Positions 12,559-26,360 are shown, counted from the first letter of the stretch. The stretch is DNA of 64,000 nt from Octopus sinensis (GCF_006345805.1 NC_043015.1:1426001-1490000), one strand, 5' to 3'. Made by a program: numbers and translations. The notes: a model not told the origin generated them from the sequence alone.

Positions 12559-12952
12559 GGAATGGAATGGAAGCACTCCGTCGGTTCCGACGACGAGGGT
12601 TCCGGTTGATCCGAATCAACGGAACAGCCTGCTCGTGAAATTAACGTGTAAGTGGCTGAGCACTCCACAGACACGTGTACCCTTAACGTAGTTCTCGGGG
12701 ATATTCAGCGTGACACAGAGAGTGACAAGGCCGGCCCTTTGAAATACAGGTACAACAGAAACAGGAAGTAAGAGTGAGAGAAAGTTGTGGCGAAAGAGTA
12801 CAGCAGGGATCACCACCATCCCCTGCCGGAGGCTCGTGGAGCTTTAGGTGTTTTCGCTCAATAAACACTCACAACGCCCGGTCTGGGAATCGAAACCGCG
12901 ATCCTACGAGCGCGAGTCCGCTGCCCTAACCACTGGGCCATTGCGCCTCCAC
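12559..12952 (-). mobile_element. SINE family C (tRNA head + central domain + tail type 1), young, with TSD
   Basis: A-box TGGCCCAGTGG, B-box GTTTCGATTCC and a (CATTC)n 3' end. A 12-bp TSD ATTCCGGTAAAT lies at 12547-12558 and 12953-12964. Confidence 0.9.
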
Positions 12953-12991
12953 ATTCCGGTAAATAATTAATACCATTCAGTAGATTAAGTC

Positions 12992-13150
12992 TGTGAGCTG
13001 GCAGAATCGTTAGCAGGCCGGGTATTTTGCCCGTCTTTACGTTCTGAGTTCAAATTCCGCCGGAGTCAACTTTGTCTTTTATTCCCACGGGATCGATAAA
13101 AATAAGTACCAGTTAAGCACTGGGTTCGATCTAATCGACTTCACGCCCTC
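12992..13150 (+). mobile_element. SINE family A, partial
   Basis: GAGCTGGCAGAATCGTTAGC..GAGTTCAAATTCCGCC..GATAAAAATAAGTACCAG. Confidence 0.8.
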
Positions 13151-13169
13151 TGCAATCCCCCCCCCCACC

Positions 13170-13295
13170 GCGAGACCCTTGTGGAACTTACGTGTTTTTG
13201 CTCAATAAACACTCACAATGCCTGGTCTGGGAATCGAAACCGCGTTCTGACGCCCGCGAGTCCGCTGCCCTAACCACTGGGTCATTGCGCCTCCA
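13170..13295 (-). mobile_element. SINE family C head only
   Basis: Near-identical to 12830-12951. Confidence 0.8.
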
Positions 13296-13800
13296 CCCGT
13301 GTTGCTGTTGTTCCCGTTGCTGTGATTACAGTTGTTTTCATTGCAGTTATAGCGTTTTTGTTCTTTTTTTTATTTTTGTCATCGATGCATAGCTGCTACT
13401 GCTGCTGTTGCATTTGTCGTCATTATTGTTGTAATTGCTATTGTTGTCGTTTGGTTTTTATTCTTTTTTTCATTTTTTCTTTTGTTGTTTTCTCGTTGTT
13501 GTTTTAATTCTTGTTGTTGATGTGGATCTCACACTTGTTCTCGTGCTTAGTGTTATTCCATTTGATTTTCTTGTAATTTTCCTTGTTTTTGCTCTTCTTC
13601 CTCTTTGCTTTCTGCTGATGCTGCCGATGCAGAAGCTGCCAGTATTGTCGTCATCATCATCATCGTCATCATCATCGTCGTTGTTGATGTCTTTATTCTT
13701 ATTGTTCTTATATTGTTGCTTTTGCTCTTGTAATTGTTTTTATTATTATTTTTTGTGTCGCTGTATTGTTCCTGTTGTTGATGCTGCTGTTGTTGTTGTT

Positions 13801-14149
13801 GAGCGAACTGTCTTCTTCCCAGAGCTCGCAAGATGGGAGAAGTCCGAAACTTGGTCCTTTGCTATTCGTAAGACCCACAGAAGAGAAAGCAGGTTAACCC
13901 CCGACACCGAGAGCATCGACGGATGGATGAATGCGCATCCAGGCGCAGCGGTTGCGTAGGAAGTCGGGAGACAAGAAACAGGAAGAAAGAATGAGAGAAA
14001 GTTGGAGTGAAAGAGTACAACAGGGGTCAACATCACCCACTTCCGGAGCCTCGTGGAGCTTTAGATGTTTTCGCTCAATAAACACACAGAATGCCTGGTC
14101 TGGGAATCGCGAGTCCGCTGCCATAACCATTGGGCCATTGCGCCTCCAC
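13801..14149 (-). mobile_element. SINE family C with tail type 2, ending in (AAC)n
   Basis: 13970-14149 matches the head and centre of 12760-12951. 13801-13970 is a different 3' module abutting a (GTT)n run. Confidence 0.8.
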
Positions 14150-14862
14150 TTTTGTTGATGCTGATATTTGTCGTTGTTGATGATATTCTTGTAATCAACA
14201 TCAACAAGAGCACCCCTCCGCTGCTACTGTTTCTGCCTCTAAATTTATACGTGCGGCTATTTCTGTTTCGGTAAGCGCGGTCCTGTCGGTGCAAACATAA
14301 GTTGTTGGTGCATAACAATAAATAAACGTCCATTACCTGTTTAATTAATGAATACCTGACCAGATGAAGTGCTAAACTTAGTTTGGACGTAGCAAAACAA
14401 AAAAAACAACAATAATTAAACAAGCAGACAAAATAAAATAACATAAAACAAAATTTAAAAAAAAAACAAAAACAAATCGCTAAAAAACGTCTGAAGCAGA
14501 TTTTCCAGTTTAAAATATTGATGTTGTTATTACGCATGTTTCTGCTATTGTTGTTGTAATGTTGTTTAATGTTGTTTGTTGTTATTTTTGATTGGTCCAG
14601 AGTTAAGTTCGGGGAGAGAAGGAGAGACAGACAGACTGATAGACAGAAAGAAAGACGGGCAAAATAAGGAAGAGCGAGAGAGATAAAGGGAGAGATATGC
14701 TTTTTTTATAGCTAATCAAACGAAATTTTCGCCTCTCATTTTTGTCGTAGTTGATACTGACGCTCTTCTTGTTACTGTTTGGGTTAATGAACGAGCCTTC
14801 GTTGTTGATTAGATTCAAGTTTCCCAATCAATCAATATATATATATATATATATATATATAA

Positions 14863-15080
14863 TCTTTTACTCTTTTACTTGTTTCAGTCACTTGACTGAG
14901 GCCATGCTGGAGCACCGCCTTTAGTCTAGCAAATCGACCCCGGGACTTATTCTTTGTAAGCCCAGTACTTATTCTATCGGTTTCTTTTGCCGAACCGCTA
15001 AGTGACAGAGATGTAAACACACCAGCATCGGTTGTCAAGCAATGCTAGGGAGACAAACACAGACACACAAGCACACACAC

Positions 15081-15129
<49 letters not shown>

Positions 15130-15272
15130 TACGACATGCTTCTTTCAGTTCCATGTACCAAATCCACTCACAATCATAGGAGAAGACACTTGCCCAACGT
15201 GCCACACACTGGGCCTTAAACCAGAACTATGTGGTTGGTAAGCAAGCTACTCACCACACAGGCATTCTTGCG
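14863..15272 (-). mobile_element. SINE family D (CORE-like head, internal (TA)/(TG) microsatellite, (GTAAAAGA)n-type tail)
   Basis: Reverse complement of the element seen on + at 23657 and 32162. Confidence 0.85.
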
Positions 15273-16081
15273 TATATATATATATATAACAGTATTTCAG
15301 TCGTGACCATACCGTTAAAAGACTGTGTACAATTCGAGAGAAATTCAAACATCACTTCCAGCAGATGAATTCAAGCATGCGAAAAACCCTTGGCAAGAAC
15401 ACTATTTTTGTTGTGGCTTTTGTTATTAATTACTATTTTGGCGGTTGATTGGCAGAATACTTAGAGGGTCGCTAAAAATATTTTGGTGTATTTGTTCCGC
15501 ATCTTAGCCTCCTGTGTTCAAATCAGGCCAAATCATCATCGCTTTTCATCCACCTTGGCTGTATACATTAAAGCAAAAATTAATCAATGATGTTAATTTG
15601 ATCGACTAATCATGATATCCTTATGTTGCTGGCTTTGCACTTAACTTAGAAATATTTAGTGAACACATTGACAGAATCATAGAACCGTCGGATAAAATAA
15701 GGTACTGATTTTAGTTACGGAATTTTAAATCTGTCAGTTCGAACTCTGCCGACCGAAGTAAACTTTGCTTTTCGTCCCTTTTGATGGGTAGATGGAATAA
15801 AGTATCTGTCATCAAGTTTGCTGTACTATTACCTCTAAAAGAAATCGTTATATATATATATATATAATTATTTGAGGGAATATTAATCCTAACTTACAGG
15901 GAAAAAATTCAATTTAGAAATACTAAATCAAATTTCAAACAATATAATATATTTATATAAACATTAGAAAGAACTACTTTTTATCAATTCAAAATGAACA
16001 ATTAAATTACACCATCTAGAAAACTACATATAATAGAAATATTAAAATTAAAATAACAATAAAATATCGATGATTAAGTAA

Positions 16082-16141
16082 ATTGCAAAAAAATAATAAA
16101 AACGTATATAATGATATACGTTTTTATTATTTTTTTGCAAT
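16082..16141. repeat. Perfect 28-bp inverted repeat, 4-nt spacer
   Basis: ATTGCAAAAAAATAATAAAAACGTATAT-AATG-ATATACGTTTTTATTATTTTTTTGCAAT. Confidence 0.95.
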
Positions 16142-16744
16142 GGCTTCGGTAAATGGCGTGTGGTACATTATGCACCCGTTCAGGTAACATCGAAGTGGAT
16201 GAGGTAATCTGAATAAATAAAATAATGTTAGCAGGTTGTTCCACATGATATTGCAGAACCGTGTTTCTCGGAGTACAAGATATCACCATCATACGTATGT
16301 GTACGTATACACACACATGCGCACGCAATCATATACACAAAAAAACACATAAATATATACATACATGCAAATTGCATTTTGGGGATAATTTCAAATTCAA
16401 TTTATACTTTTTAAATGCGCTATACATTACGTTATCATATCATTTGACAGGTTCATAGACTCACATACACACGGAATACACCCGTACTTTTACACAAGGG
16501 TATATCTATAATATAGACATAGATATGTGCATATTTATAGCTAGCCATACCTATATATTTATGTATGTGGATACACCTAACTAGATTTATGCGTGTATAA
16601 ACATTTTTTGCATGTATATATAAATATATATAATACATATTTATATGTATATATGTATTTATATATGTAGATATGCATGTATGCATCTATTTATCTCACT
16701 ATATATATAATTTTAATTATATTTGTTTTTCATGTCATAAACCA

Positions 16745-16808
<64 letters not shown>

Positions 16809-17085
16809 ATCATTATCCTTGCTGTTGTGATCATTATTTTATTATCATTATTAATATTATTATTATTATTATCATCATCATCATCATCATTATTATTATC
16901 ATTATTAATATTGTTGTTGTTATTATTGTTATTATTATTATTATATTATTATTATTATTATTATTATAATCATTATCCTTGCTGTTGTGATCATTATTTT
17001 ATTATCATTATTAATATTATTATTATTATTATCATCATCATCATCATCATTATTATTATCATTATTAATATTGTTGTTGTTATTA

Positions 17086-17120
<35 letters not shown>

Positions 17121-17237
17121 ATCATTATCCTTGCTGTTGTGATCATTATTTTATTATCATTATTAATATTATTATTATTATTATCATCATCATCATCATC
17201 ATTATTATTATCATTATTAATATTGTTGTTGTTATTA

Positions 17238-17280
<43 letters not shown>

Positions 17281-17292
17281 CATCATCATCAT

Positions 17293-17324
<32 letters not shown>

Positions 17325-17340
17325 TTATTATTATTAATAT
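16745..17340. repeat. Higher-order tandem triplication (~152-160 bp unit) within (TTA)n/(TCA)n
   Basis: The anchor CATTATCCTTGCTGTTGTGATC occurs at 16811, 16971 and 17123. Confidence 0.9.
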
Positions 17341-18028
17341 TTCCCATTATTATTATTATTTTTCTCGTTGTTAATATTATTCTTAATGTTAGTCCTTTTG
17401 GCAAATTATTATCATCGTCATTATTGCCATGATTTATATCATCACCATCATCATCATTATCATCATCATCAGCAGCAGCAGCAGCTTGAGCACCACCGTC
17501 ATTATCATGAGTCTATTATTTCAAACATATTCCATCTTTCAACTATTTTCAATACATATTATATACTTTCATGTCGAAATCCACATTCCACCACCACCAC
17601 CACAGCCACCATCGTCACGTCTACATTGAATACACAACACACACACACACACACACATCTACACTATATCATGCCACTTCAAATAATACAACTTTATACT
17701 ATACATCCCATTCACACCCATATCACCAGTCTTCTCTCTTCCTCTCTCTCTCTATGTCTCTCTTTCTCTCTCTCTTCCTCTTTCTCACACACTGACACAC
17801 TCGCACCATTACACACGACCACACACACACACAAACCTTGTATCATTCACGCTTTTTTCTACTCTTTCTCTCGGTCCTTCTCTTCATCTCTCTATCTCTC
17901 TCTCTCTCTCTTCTTTTCCATCTTTCTCAGACACACACAGCCTTTCCCTCTCTCTCTCTCTCTTCTCTTATATATATTGTCTTTATATTTTTATGTGTCT
18001 AGTACTTTCACTAAAATACACCCATATG

Positions 18029-18059
<31 letters not shown>

Positions 18060-18407
18060 ATGTGTGTGTGTGCGTGTGTATGTTTGTATACATGTATATA
18101 TACATACATTTATATATATATATATACACACAAATATATATAGACATGTATGTGTATATATACATATATATATATTAATATATATGTGTGTGTGTTTATG
18201 TATATATGTGGATGTATATGTATATAGATCCACCCAAAACATACGTGCCCCAGGGCCGTTCATGGCCATAACACACCCATGTCTTTTGATAAGCTATCCA
18301 AAAATAAAAATATAATGAAAAAAAAATTAAAAATACAATTTTAAAAAATGTAATTTCTCTCATAGAACCACGCACAGTGGCGCATGTATATACATATATA
18401 TATATAT

Positions 18408-18475
<68 letters not shown>

Positions 18476-18541
18476 CGTACATACATATATGCATTTATAT
18501 CTATATATTTATGCATATATATATATGTATCTATGTATATG

Positions 18542-18593
<52 letters not shown>

Positions 18594-19212
18594 TGTATAT
18601 ACTGAGGTGAAGAGGAAGAGACAGAGTGGGGGGGAATGTGAGCAAACACATGTCTATTTTTTTTTTTAGTTTTGTTTCTTATTTATTTTAAAAATAGGAG
18701 GTGCTGTCATGGAAACGTCGCCTTTACAAGGAACAAGATTTCAGAAAAATTTCTGCCAAATGACAGGCGAAGTTACACAGTCTTTTCACAATTGCAAAAT
18801 TCTGTCAAAAGAGTTTCCTCTATGAGTGCTATTTACCATTTTCAGTTATTTATATAGTTATTTATTTATTTTTCTTTTGGTTTTTTTTTCTTCATTTATG
18901 TATATTTTTGTTTCGATGGAAATGGGGTTTATGTTTGTTTTGTTTTGTTTCTTATCGTGTGATTTTTTATTGTGTGTGTGTATGTGTGTTTTTGTTATGG
19001 TGTTCTCAATATTAAAAAAAAAAATTATTTACATATATATTTTTTTTTCTTTCCTTTGTTTCGTGTTTTAAGTTTTACCTGAAATATATCACTTTTACAG
19101 TTGTTATACATAGATCTACACACATCTCTACACATATATCCAAATATATACGCATATAATTTCATATACACAAATATCATATACTCATGCATTTATATAT
19201 ATCATATATATA

Positions 19213-19270
<58 letters not shown>

Positions 19271-19694
19271 ATATATCATATATATATACATACATATATA
19301 TATATAGACAGATATGCCTAAATGCATATGCATATATTTATACAAACACACACATATACTTAGAAACACACATGCAGACTATAGAGACGCACACATATAC
19401 ACACATATACATATCATACATGTGTTGGTTTTATTGTTATTCATAGTATTTCACAGAGCAGCCTCCTGTCTTTTTTCTTCTTTCCTTTCTTATTTCCTTC
19501 CTTCTTGTACTTCATTTATCACACGACATATATCATGTGATATGTTTGTTGGCTGATTGCATATTTTCATATTTTCACAATTTTTTTTCTGACAAGTTAG
19601 GATTCTGTACTATCTTGTAGTTGCTGTTTCTTTTAGTCCGTTTCTTGTTTCACTTTACCAGCAATATGCCTTTCCATGTGAACACCCAAAGACA

Positions 19695-19729
<35 letters not shown>

Positions 19730-20066
19730 TTCTCTCTCTCTCTCTCTCTCTCTCTCAATCTATCTATCCCTCTCTTTCCCTCTCTCTCTCTCTCTATATA
19801 TATATATATTTATATATGTATATAAGTATATATATATGCATATAAATATACATATATGTACATATATGCATATAAATGTGCATACATATATGCAGAGGTA
19901 TATTATATCTACATTTACCTACAGAGGTACCTGGGTATCCAGATATCAATCTATTTATACACATATACATACATATGCATATGTATATATATATATATAC
20001 ATGGAAAGAGGGAGAAAAAGAGGAACATGGAGGAATATAAATATATAGATAGATATACAGATATCG

Positions 20067-20098
<32 letters not shown>

Positions 20099-20580
20099 CT
20101 ATATATATATATATATTATATATATATATATGTCTAGATATGTATGTATGTGTGTATGTATGCTTATGGTTCTGTGTGCATGCATACCTGTATACGTGTG
20201 TCTCTGTATCCGTCGCATTCGATGTTGAATTCCCCGGTTCAAAAATCATGTATACAGTTAGGGGTTGACTATGGATGATTATACCCTTAAATAGAACTCA
20301 ACACCGATATAGGACACCATAGTTCTTTACAAGTAGATTCTTTTTTTACCCCGGTGGGATTCCATAAATATTTTTCTCAGCCGAATTTCCGTTACAAATA
20401 CTGCTTTCAATGAAATATAACCGAAAAATGCATAAATGCAAAAATGACACGTAGTGGGATTGGAACTTGAATCTCGTGCCTGGTAAGGGAAAATATTAAA
20501 AACTTAGTATTACATGCTTCCATTCAACTTAAATCTATATATATAGACATATATATCTGTGTGTGTATGTGTGTGTGAGC

Positions 20581-20617
<37 letters not shown>

Positions 20618-20800
20618 CGTATATAGTTATATACATGCATATATGAGTATATGCATTATATGTATATATTCAATACCTATATATATATATATGCATATAT
20701 ATATATTTTAATGCGTAAATGTGTATATATATATATACAGAAATGCATATACACGTATTGATATATATATATATATGTGTGTGTGTGTCTCTGTGTGTGT

Positions 20801-20836
<36 letters not shown>

Positions 20837-21282
20837 GTGTGTGAGTGTGCATTTCTGTGTGTGTCAAGGTATGTGTGTGATGTTTAAATATAAGATGATT
20901 TTTTACCACATTTGTGTAAAGGAATGCAGCATTGCTGATTGAAACTTCCTCAGATTTCTTGCTTCGATCCTCCCATCACCTCTGCTCTTTTACAGAAGAG
21001 GTGGGTACGCTTGCTCCTTACACCTCCATGAACATTAGATCTCTCTTTATTCCGCCTGCTCGAATTGTCTGAAGATGGAATACAGTTACACGTATCTAGT
21101 GCATGTATATATATCTTGCTATATATATATTATATATATATATTATATATATATATATATATGTAGTATGTATGTATGTATGTATATACACATATATATT
21201 TACATGTATATATCTATATATATCATAAATATATATGTGTGCGTGTATATATGTACATATATATGTATGTTATATGTATATA

Positions 21283-21320
<38 letters not shown>

Positions 21321-21967
21321 GTATATGTTGTATATATGTATATATATATATATATATAGGTTTGTATGTGTGTGTGTTTGTATGTATGTATGTAAGAATT
21401 CATATATGTATCAGTGTGCGTGTGTATATATATGGAGAGTGTTTGAAATTGCATTCAGTAGACATCGTGTGAGATAATATCTCAATTGCGTAAGCGCATG
21501 TGTTTCGCAGTGCGTTCAATACTGAAAAATATTTTCATTGCAATAGCATTACGTTGAAAGCCATATATATGACAGATGTAGAAAAATGTATAGAGAAAAT
21601 AACATTATATATGCACACACGTATATATGTATTGATGTGTCTGTCTGCGTATGTATATGTGTGTGTGTGTGTTTGCTTGTTCGTGTGTGTTTATATATCG
21701 AAATAGAGAGATAGCTAACGAAATACGTGCATATGTATCTATTTATGAACTTAGACGTGTATGGTTCACTATGTATTTATGTATGCCTATATATATATGT
21801 GTGTGTTGTGTGTGTGTGCGTGCGTGCGTGCGTGGTTGTGTATATATATGTATGCATATATAAATATATATATTTATATATATATATACATATATACATT
21901 TCCACACACTCAAATACACACACACACATATATGTATATATAAGAGAGAGAGAGAGAGAGAGAGAGT

Positions 21968-21999
<32 letters not shown>

Positions 22000-23656
22000 G
22001 TCATATATAGCATAGCAAGATGATATAATTAACATAACATATATGAACAAATCTATAATACTAGGTCTGGTGTTTCTGCCACAATCACCAATTTAAAACG
22101 CAACTGAAACTAAAAGAATTTGCTTACTATAAATATTGTAGTGACGAATATTATTTACTTTTTCCTTCTTACACTTGTTTCAGTCATTGGACTGCGGCTA
22201 TATTGATTCACTTCCACTTTTGTTTTTCTACTTGGGTTCCGAATCCATATTATTAGCTGAATAAGAAAAGAAGAATATACCTAAAATTTGATAAGTTTAC
22301 TTCCCTGCTACAAGGTTCTGGTTTTAGTCTCACTGCGGAACATTGGAGAAATTTTTTCCTAGAATAGCCTCGGGGTGAAACAGCAAGTTGTGATTCAATT
22401 GAGATTTTGTATACGTTTATAACCTGTTTTGTTTCTATTGATTCACTATGAAATTATTTGTCCCTGTGTTTTGTATCGAGAGGAATTAAACATCACTGAG
22501 ACCAAACTCTTTCAAACCATAATAACACAGCCAAGTAATGACAGCAAAATACTCGTATTTGTATTGCTCATGAGCATAGTGCTTTGAGAGATGACTTAAA
22601 GTGGATAAAATGGTAAGTAAACTCATAAGAAGACTGTGTTAGGCGCAATGAAAAATGTACATAGTATATTCTTACCCCTCCTCCACATACATTTAAAGAA
22701 ACTTTAAAGTTATGTCACTCATTATGTTAGTTCCATTTGTATCGGAAACCTTTGTCTGTCCAATTTGTAAATCTGTATTTCAATCACAATATGAATCATA
22801 TATAATGTCGAGAAATATGAAACAAAAACACAAACGAATGGAGAATTTTACATTCTTTATCCAGCCGATGTGCGTTTCGGATATACTGGCATACCAAAAT
22901 TGTACTATGCAGTAAACATTTATTTTAAGTCATATTTGTGTCAAAATTTGATACAAGACCAGCAATTCTGAAGACCGATAGAATAAGCACTAGGCTTGGG
23001 AAATAAGTTCTGGCTCGATTTGTGCAACTAAAACCCTTCAATGTGATGTTCCAGCATGGCCGCTGTCAAATGACTGAAAAAATAAAACAACAAAACATTA
23101 AATTTGAAATGCACTGTCAAGCGAATCATGCGAAAATATGAAAATAAACTAATGGAAAATTTAATGGAAAATTAAATGTAGTATTGTATTATATTTTGAG
23201 CATATATCTGTACATGAATATACTTGTGCGTATGTGTGTGCGTGTGTGTGTGTGTTGGTGTGTGTGTATGTGTGAGTATGTGTGTGTGTACTTACCAACC
23301 TACAGACCTTACATACGTAAGATATTGGAAACTGTCGATCTGTGTTTACCAGATTTTCTTTCATAAATTTCTTTGTGAGTTATTGGGTCCCTCTTTTTAC
23401 CTACCACAGTGCTTGATAACCGGTATTGGTTTGTTTATGACACTGTAACCCACTTGCTCTTCAAGAAGCATCCAAATAAGTACCGGCGTGAATAAAAGCT
23501 AGTTTTTCATTCGACTAAAAGCATTCAAAACTGTGTCCACGCAACGCCCGAGTCCAATAAATGACAAAATATGTGTGTCTGCGCGCATGCGAATATATAC
23601 GTACATCTACACACACACATGCATAGATAATATAAATATATATAATATATATGTTT

Positions 23657-23833
23657 GCAGGAGTGGCTGTGTGGTAAGTAGCTTGTTTACCAACCACATG
23701 CTTCCGAGTTCAGTCCCACTGCTTGGTAACTTGGGCAAGTGTCTTCTACTATAGTCTCGGGATAAGCAAAGACTTGTGAGTGGATTTGGGAGGAGGAAAC
23801 TAAAAACAGCCCGTCATATACATATATGCGCGC

Positions 23834-23883
<50 letters not shown>

Positions 23884-24105
23884 GTGTGTATGTGTGTGTG
23901 TGTATGTCTGTGTGTATGTGTTTGTTCCTGCAAACTCACTTGACAACTGATGCTTGTGTGTCTACGTTCTCGTAACTTAGCGGTTCGGGAAAAAATACTG
24001 AAATGATAAGTACTAGGCATAGTACTTATCGGTTTGTTCGACTAAAAGCGGTGCTCCAGCATGGCCGCCGTCAAATGACTGAAACAAATAAAAGAGTAAA
24101 AAGAG
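23657..24105 (+). mobile_element. SINE family D, full length, with internal (CG)n(TG)n tract
   Basis: GGAGTGGCTGTGTGGTAAG..GAGTTCAGTCCCAC..TTGGGCAAGTGTCTTC..microsatellite..CTCCAGCATGGCCG..AAATGACTGAAACAA. Confidence 0.88.
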
Positions 24106-24284
24106 CAAAAGTGTAATTTTCGTGACTAATGAGTAAATGTCAGTTTGTGGGCTGAGTAAAGCACGTTCACAGTTTGGGCTACCTGGTGTCATCCACGGCT
24201 GGGATATATTTCCTGAGGATCTACGTCAGGTATTCCACAGCCTTAGTTGAAGTAATAATTGATGAAGGAAACAGAAGATGGATA

Positions 24285-24655
24285 TAGCACTAGTTTTTAT
24301 TCAGTACGGCGTTCGACTCGACCCATCTTACAACTGTCCAATACGGAGAGGATCTTGTGCATCGCATTGTATGACATCAGTCTTTGCACGTTGTGTGACA
24401 TCAGGCACATACACGAAGAAGGGGATGTCCCGCTAGATATACTGAGTTGTCCTAACCAAAATACAGCGGACAAAATCAACCTGCCTAAGATAACGTGACA
24501 TACCTAGCGGGACATGCCCTTCGTTAGGCATGTATCTCATATGACACAAACTGCACAGATTCATACAACGCAATTATATGGAAAATATTCTACCCTTATT
24601 GGACAGTTGAAGGACGGGTTAAACCGAACTTTGCACTGAATAAAAACTGGTGCTA
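24285..24655. mobile_element. Fold-back MITE (whole element is an imperfect ~170-bp-arm inverted repeat), TA termini
   Basis: The outer 59 bp of each arm match at 47/59 positions. The inner blocks GAAGGGGATGTCCCGCTAGATAT / ATACCTAGCGGGACATGCCCTTC also pair. Confidence 0.8.
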
Positions 24656-25325
24656 AATTTATCTTTCATTTCCTTTACCAATTATATATATACACACACA
24701 CACATACACATATATACACGCACACACATATATATAATTATATGAATATATATATATATATATATACATATATACATATGCATAATATATGTATATATAT
24801 ACACACATATATACATATATGTACATATATATATATATATATATATATAAGATCGAAATATTCAGTGAGCTTTTATAAAACTGAACACAACTTTTTTGTG
24901 ACATGCATACAGAGATGACTCAGAAACAGAGGGCCATGCAGTGGGAGCAGTCCTAGGATATTACTACCCCGGAAGAACATCTGAAGCATAAGTCTGTACC
25001 GAAACGTGCATGAATCAGCTTTAAAATGATTAGAAAATCTGTATAATATATTAATTTTACATATAATTATACATATACATACATGTTCTTATATGTACAT
25101 ATGTATCTATAAATGCTACCAATTTATATTCATGGTTTTTTAATAATAATTACTGGTATCCTTATATATTACTATATTTTATATCTTATATCTTATATGT
25201 AAAGAATAATATGCTATATGTACGTATGTTATTATAATTATCAGTTTAATAAACAAATAAGTTAACATTTTAATGTCCGAAAGTTGATGGAACACCTATT
25301 GTTCTCCTCCATTTTCTTATTTGCG

Positions 25326-25381
<56 letters not shown>

Positions 25382-25495
25382 ATTCTGTGTATATGTATAT
25401 ATGCATGTATGTAGGTATGTATATATATATGTATCAAATGAAATAAAAGACAGAACACAAAGGATGTCGTGGTACTCATATATATATATGTGTGT

Positions 25496-25547
<52 letters not shown>

Positions 25548-26319
25548 AGGTATGTATGTGTCATATATATGTATGTCTATGTCGCTTATCTGTGTGTTTA
25601 TATTTATATATATACACGTATGCATGTATGCATGTTATGTATGTTGTATGTATTACGTGTATGTATGTCTGTAACGCCTTCATATATATATGATTCGTAT
25701 AATTACATAAACATGCCAATGTTTTTCCACCTTCATCATGTCGTAGTTACGTGTCGGGAGTTCGACTGGGCTTGCCCACTGCCCTTTTCTGCTATTTCCT
25801 ATAAAGTCACGTCTACAGTTTTGACTCACATTAACCCTTGGGGTTCTCGCTTGGCACGTGTCATTCGTTTCATAACTGGTATGATGAGCTGACTAGCGAA
25901 TGTACTATGCACACCTCACGAGCGTGGAAAATAAAACAAAGAGAATATCACACCCCGTACGTAAATACGCACATTCGCCTACGCACATACGCTACGCATT
26001 AACATATACGCCATTATGATTACGCGTATGCGTATACGTGTACCTGTACGTATCTATATATGAATATATATATATATACACACACGTATGTGCGAGCGTG
26101 TGTGTGAGATGTATGCATGTATGTATGTATAATTCTATATGTATGCACAAAAGCATACATTCACACCTACAGTTAAACATACATATATGTTTATAGAAAT
26201 ATGCATTTATACACATATGTATACATCATGCATATATGTATACACGTTTTCCTTCGCGTGTATGTATGTGTAATTTGTGATCGCATGAATGTAGAAACGT
26301 ATGTGTTCTCTATGCGTGT

Positions 26320-26360
<41 letters not shown>

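Noticed and set aside
12880-12952. tRNA-like sequences with A and B boxes (also 2480, 29170-29241, 36099, 56340)
   Set aside because: These are SINE heads: no complete cloverleaf or terminator, and they continue into shared SINE bodies with TSDs.
12616-14158. Similar-looking ORFs (VFIERKHLKLHE..PCCTLS)
   Set aside because: The similarity comes from SINE family C copies, not paralogous genes.
16811-17145. Regularly spaced 22-bp repeat resembling a CRISPR array
   Set aside because: The intervening sequences are near-identical microsatellite rather than unique spacers; the context is eukaryotic and there are no cas genes.
17368-18315. Longest ORF (315 aa), His/Gln-rich start
   Set aside because: It is a chain of simple repeats ((CAT)n, (CA)n, (CT)n, (TA)n) with a non-ATG start and no recognisable domain.
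18698-18763. Possible exon after TTTTAAAAATAG reading EVLSWKRRLYKEQDFRKISAK*
   Set aside because: It is short, has no recognisable homology and no partner exons; a regulatory reading seems at least as likely.
25881-25893. Box C (ATGATGA) and box D (CTGA) motifs
   Set aside because: They are only a few nucleotides apart, so there is no snoRNA geometry.
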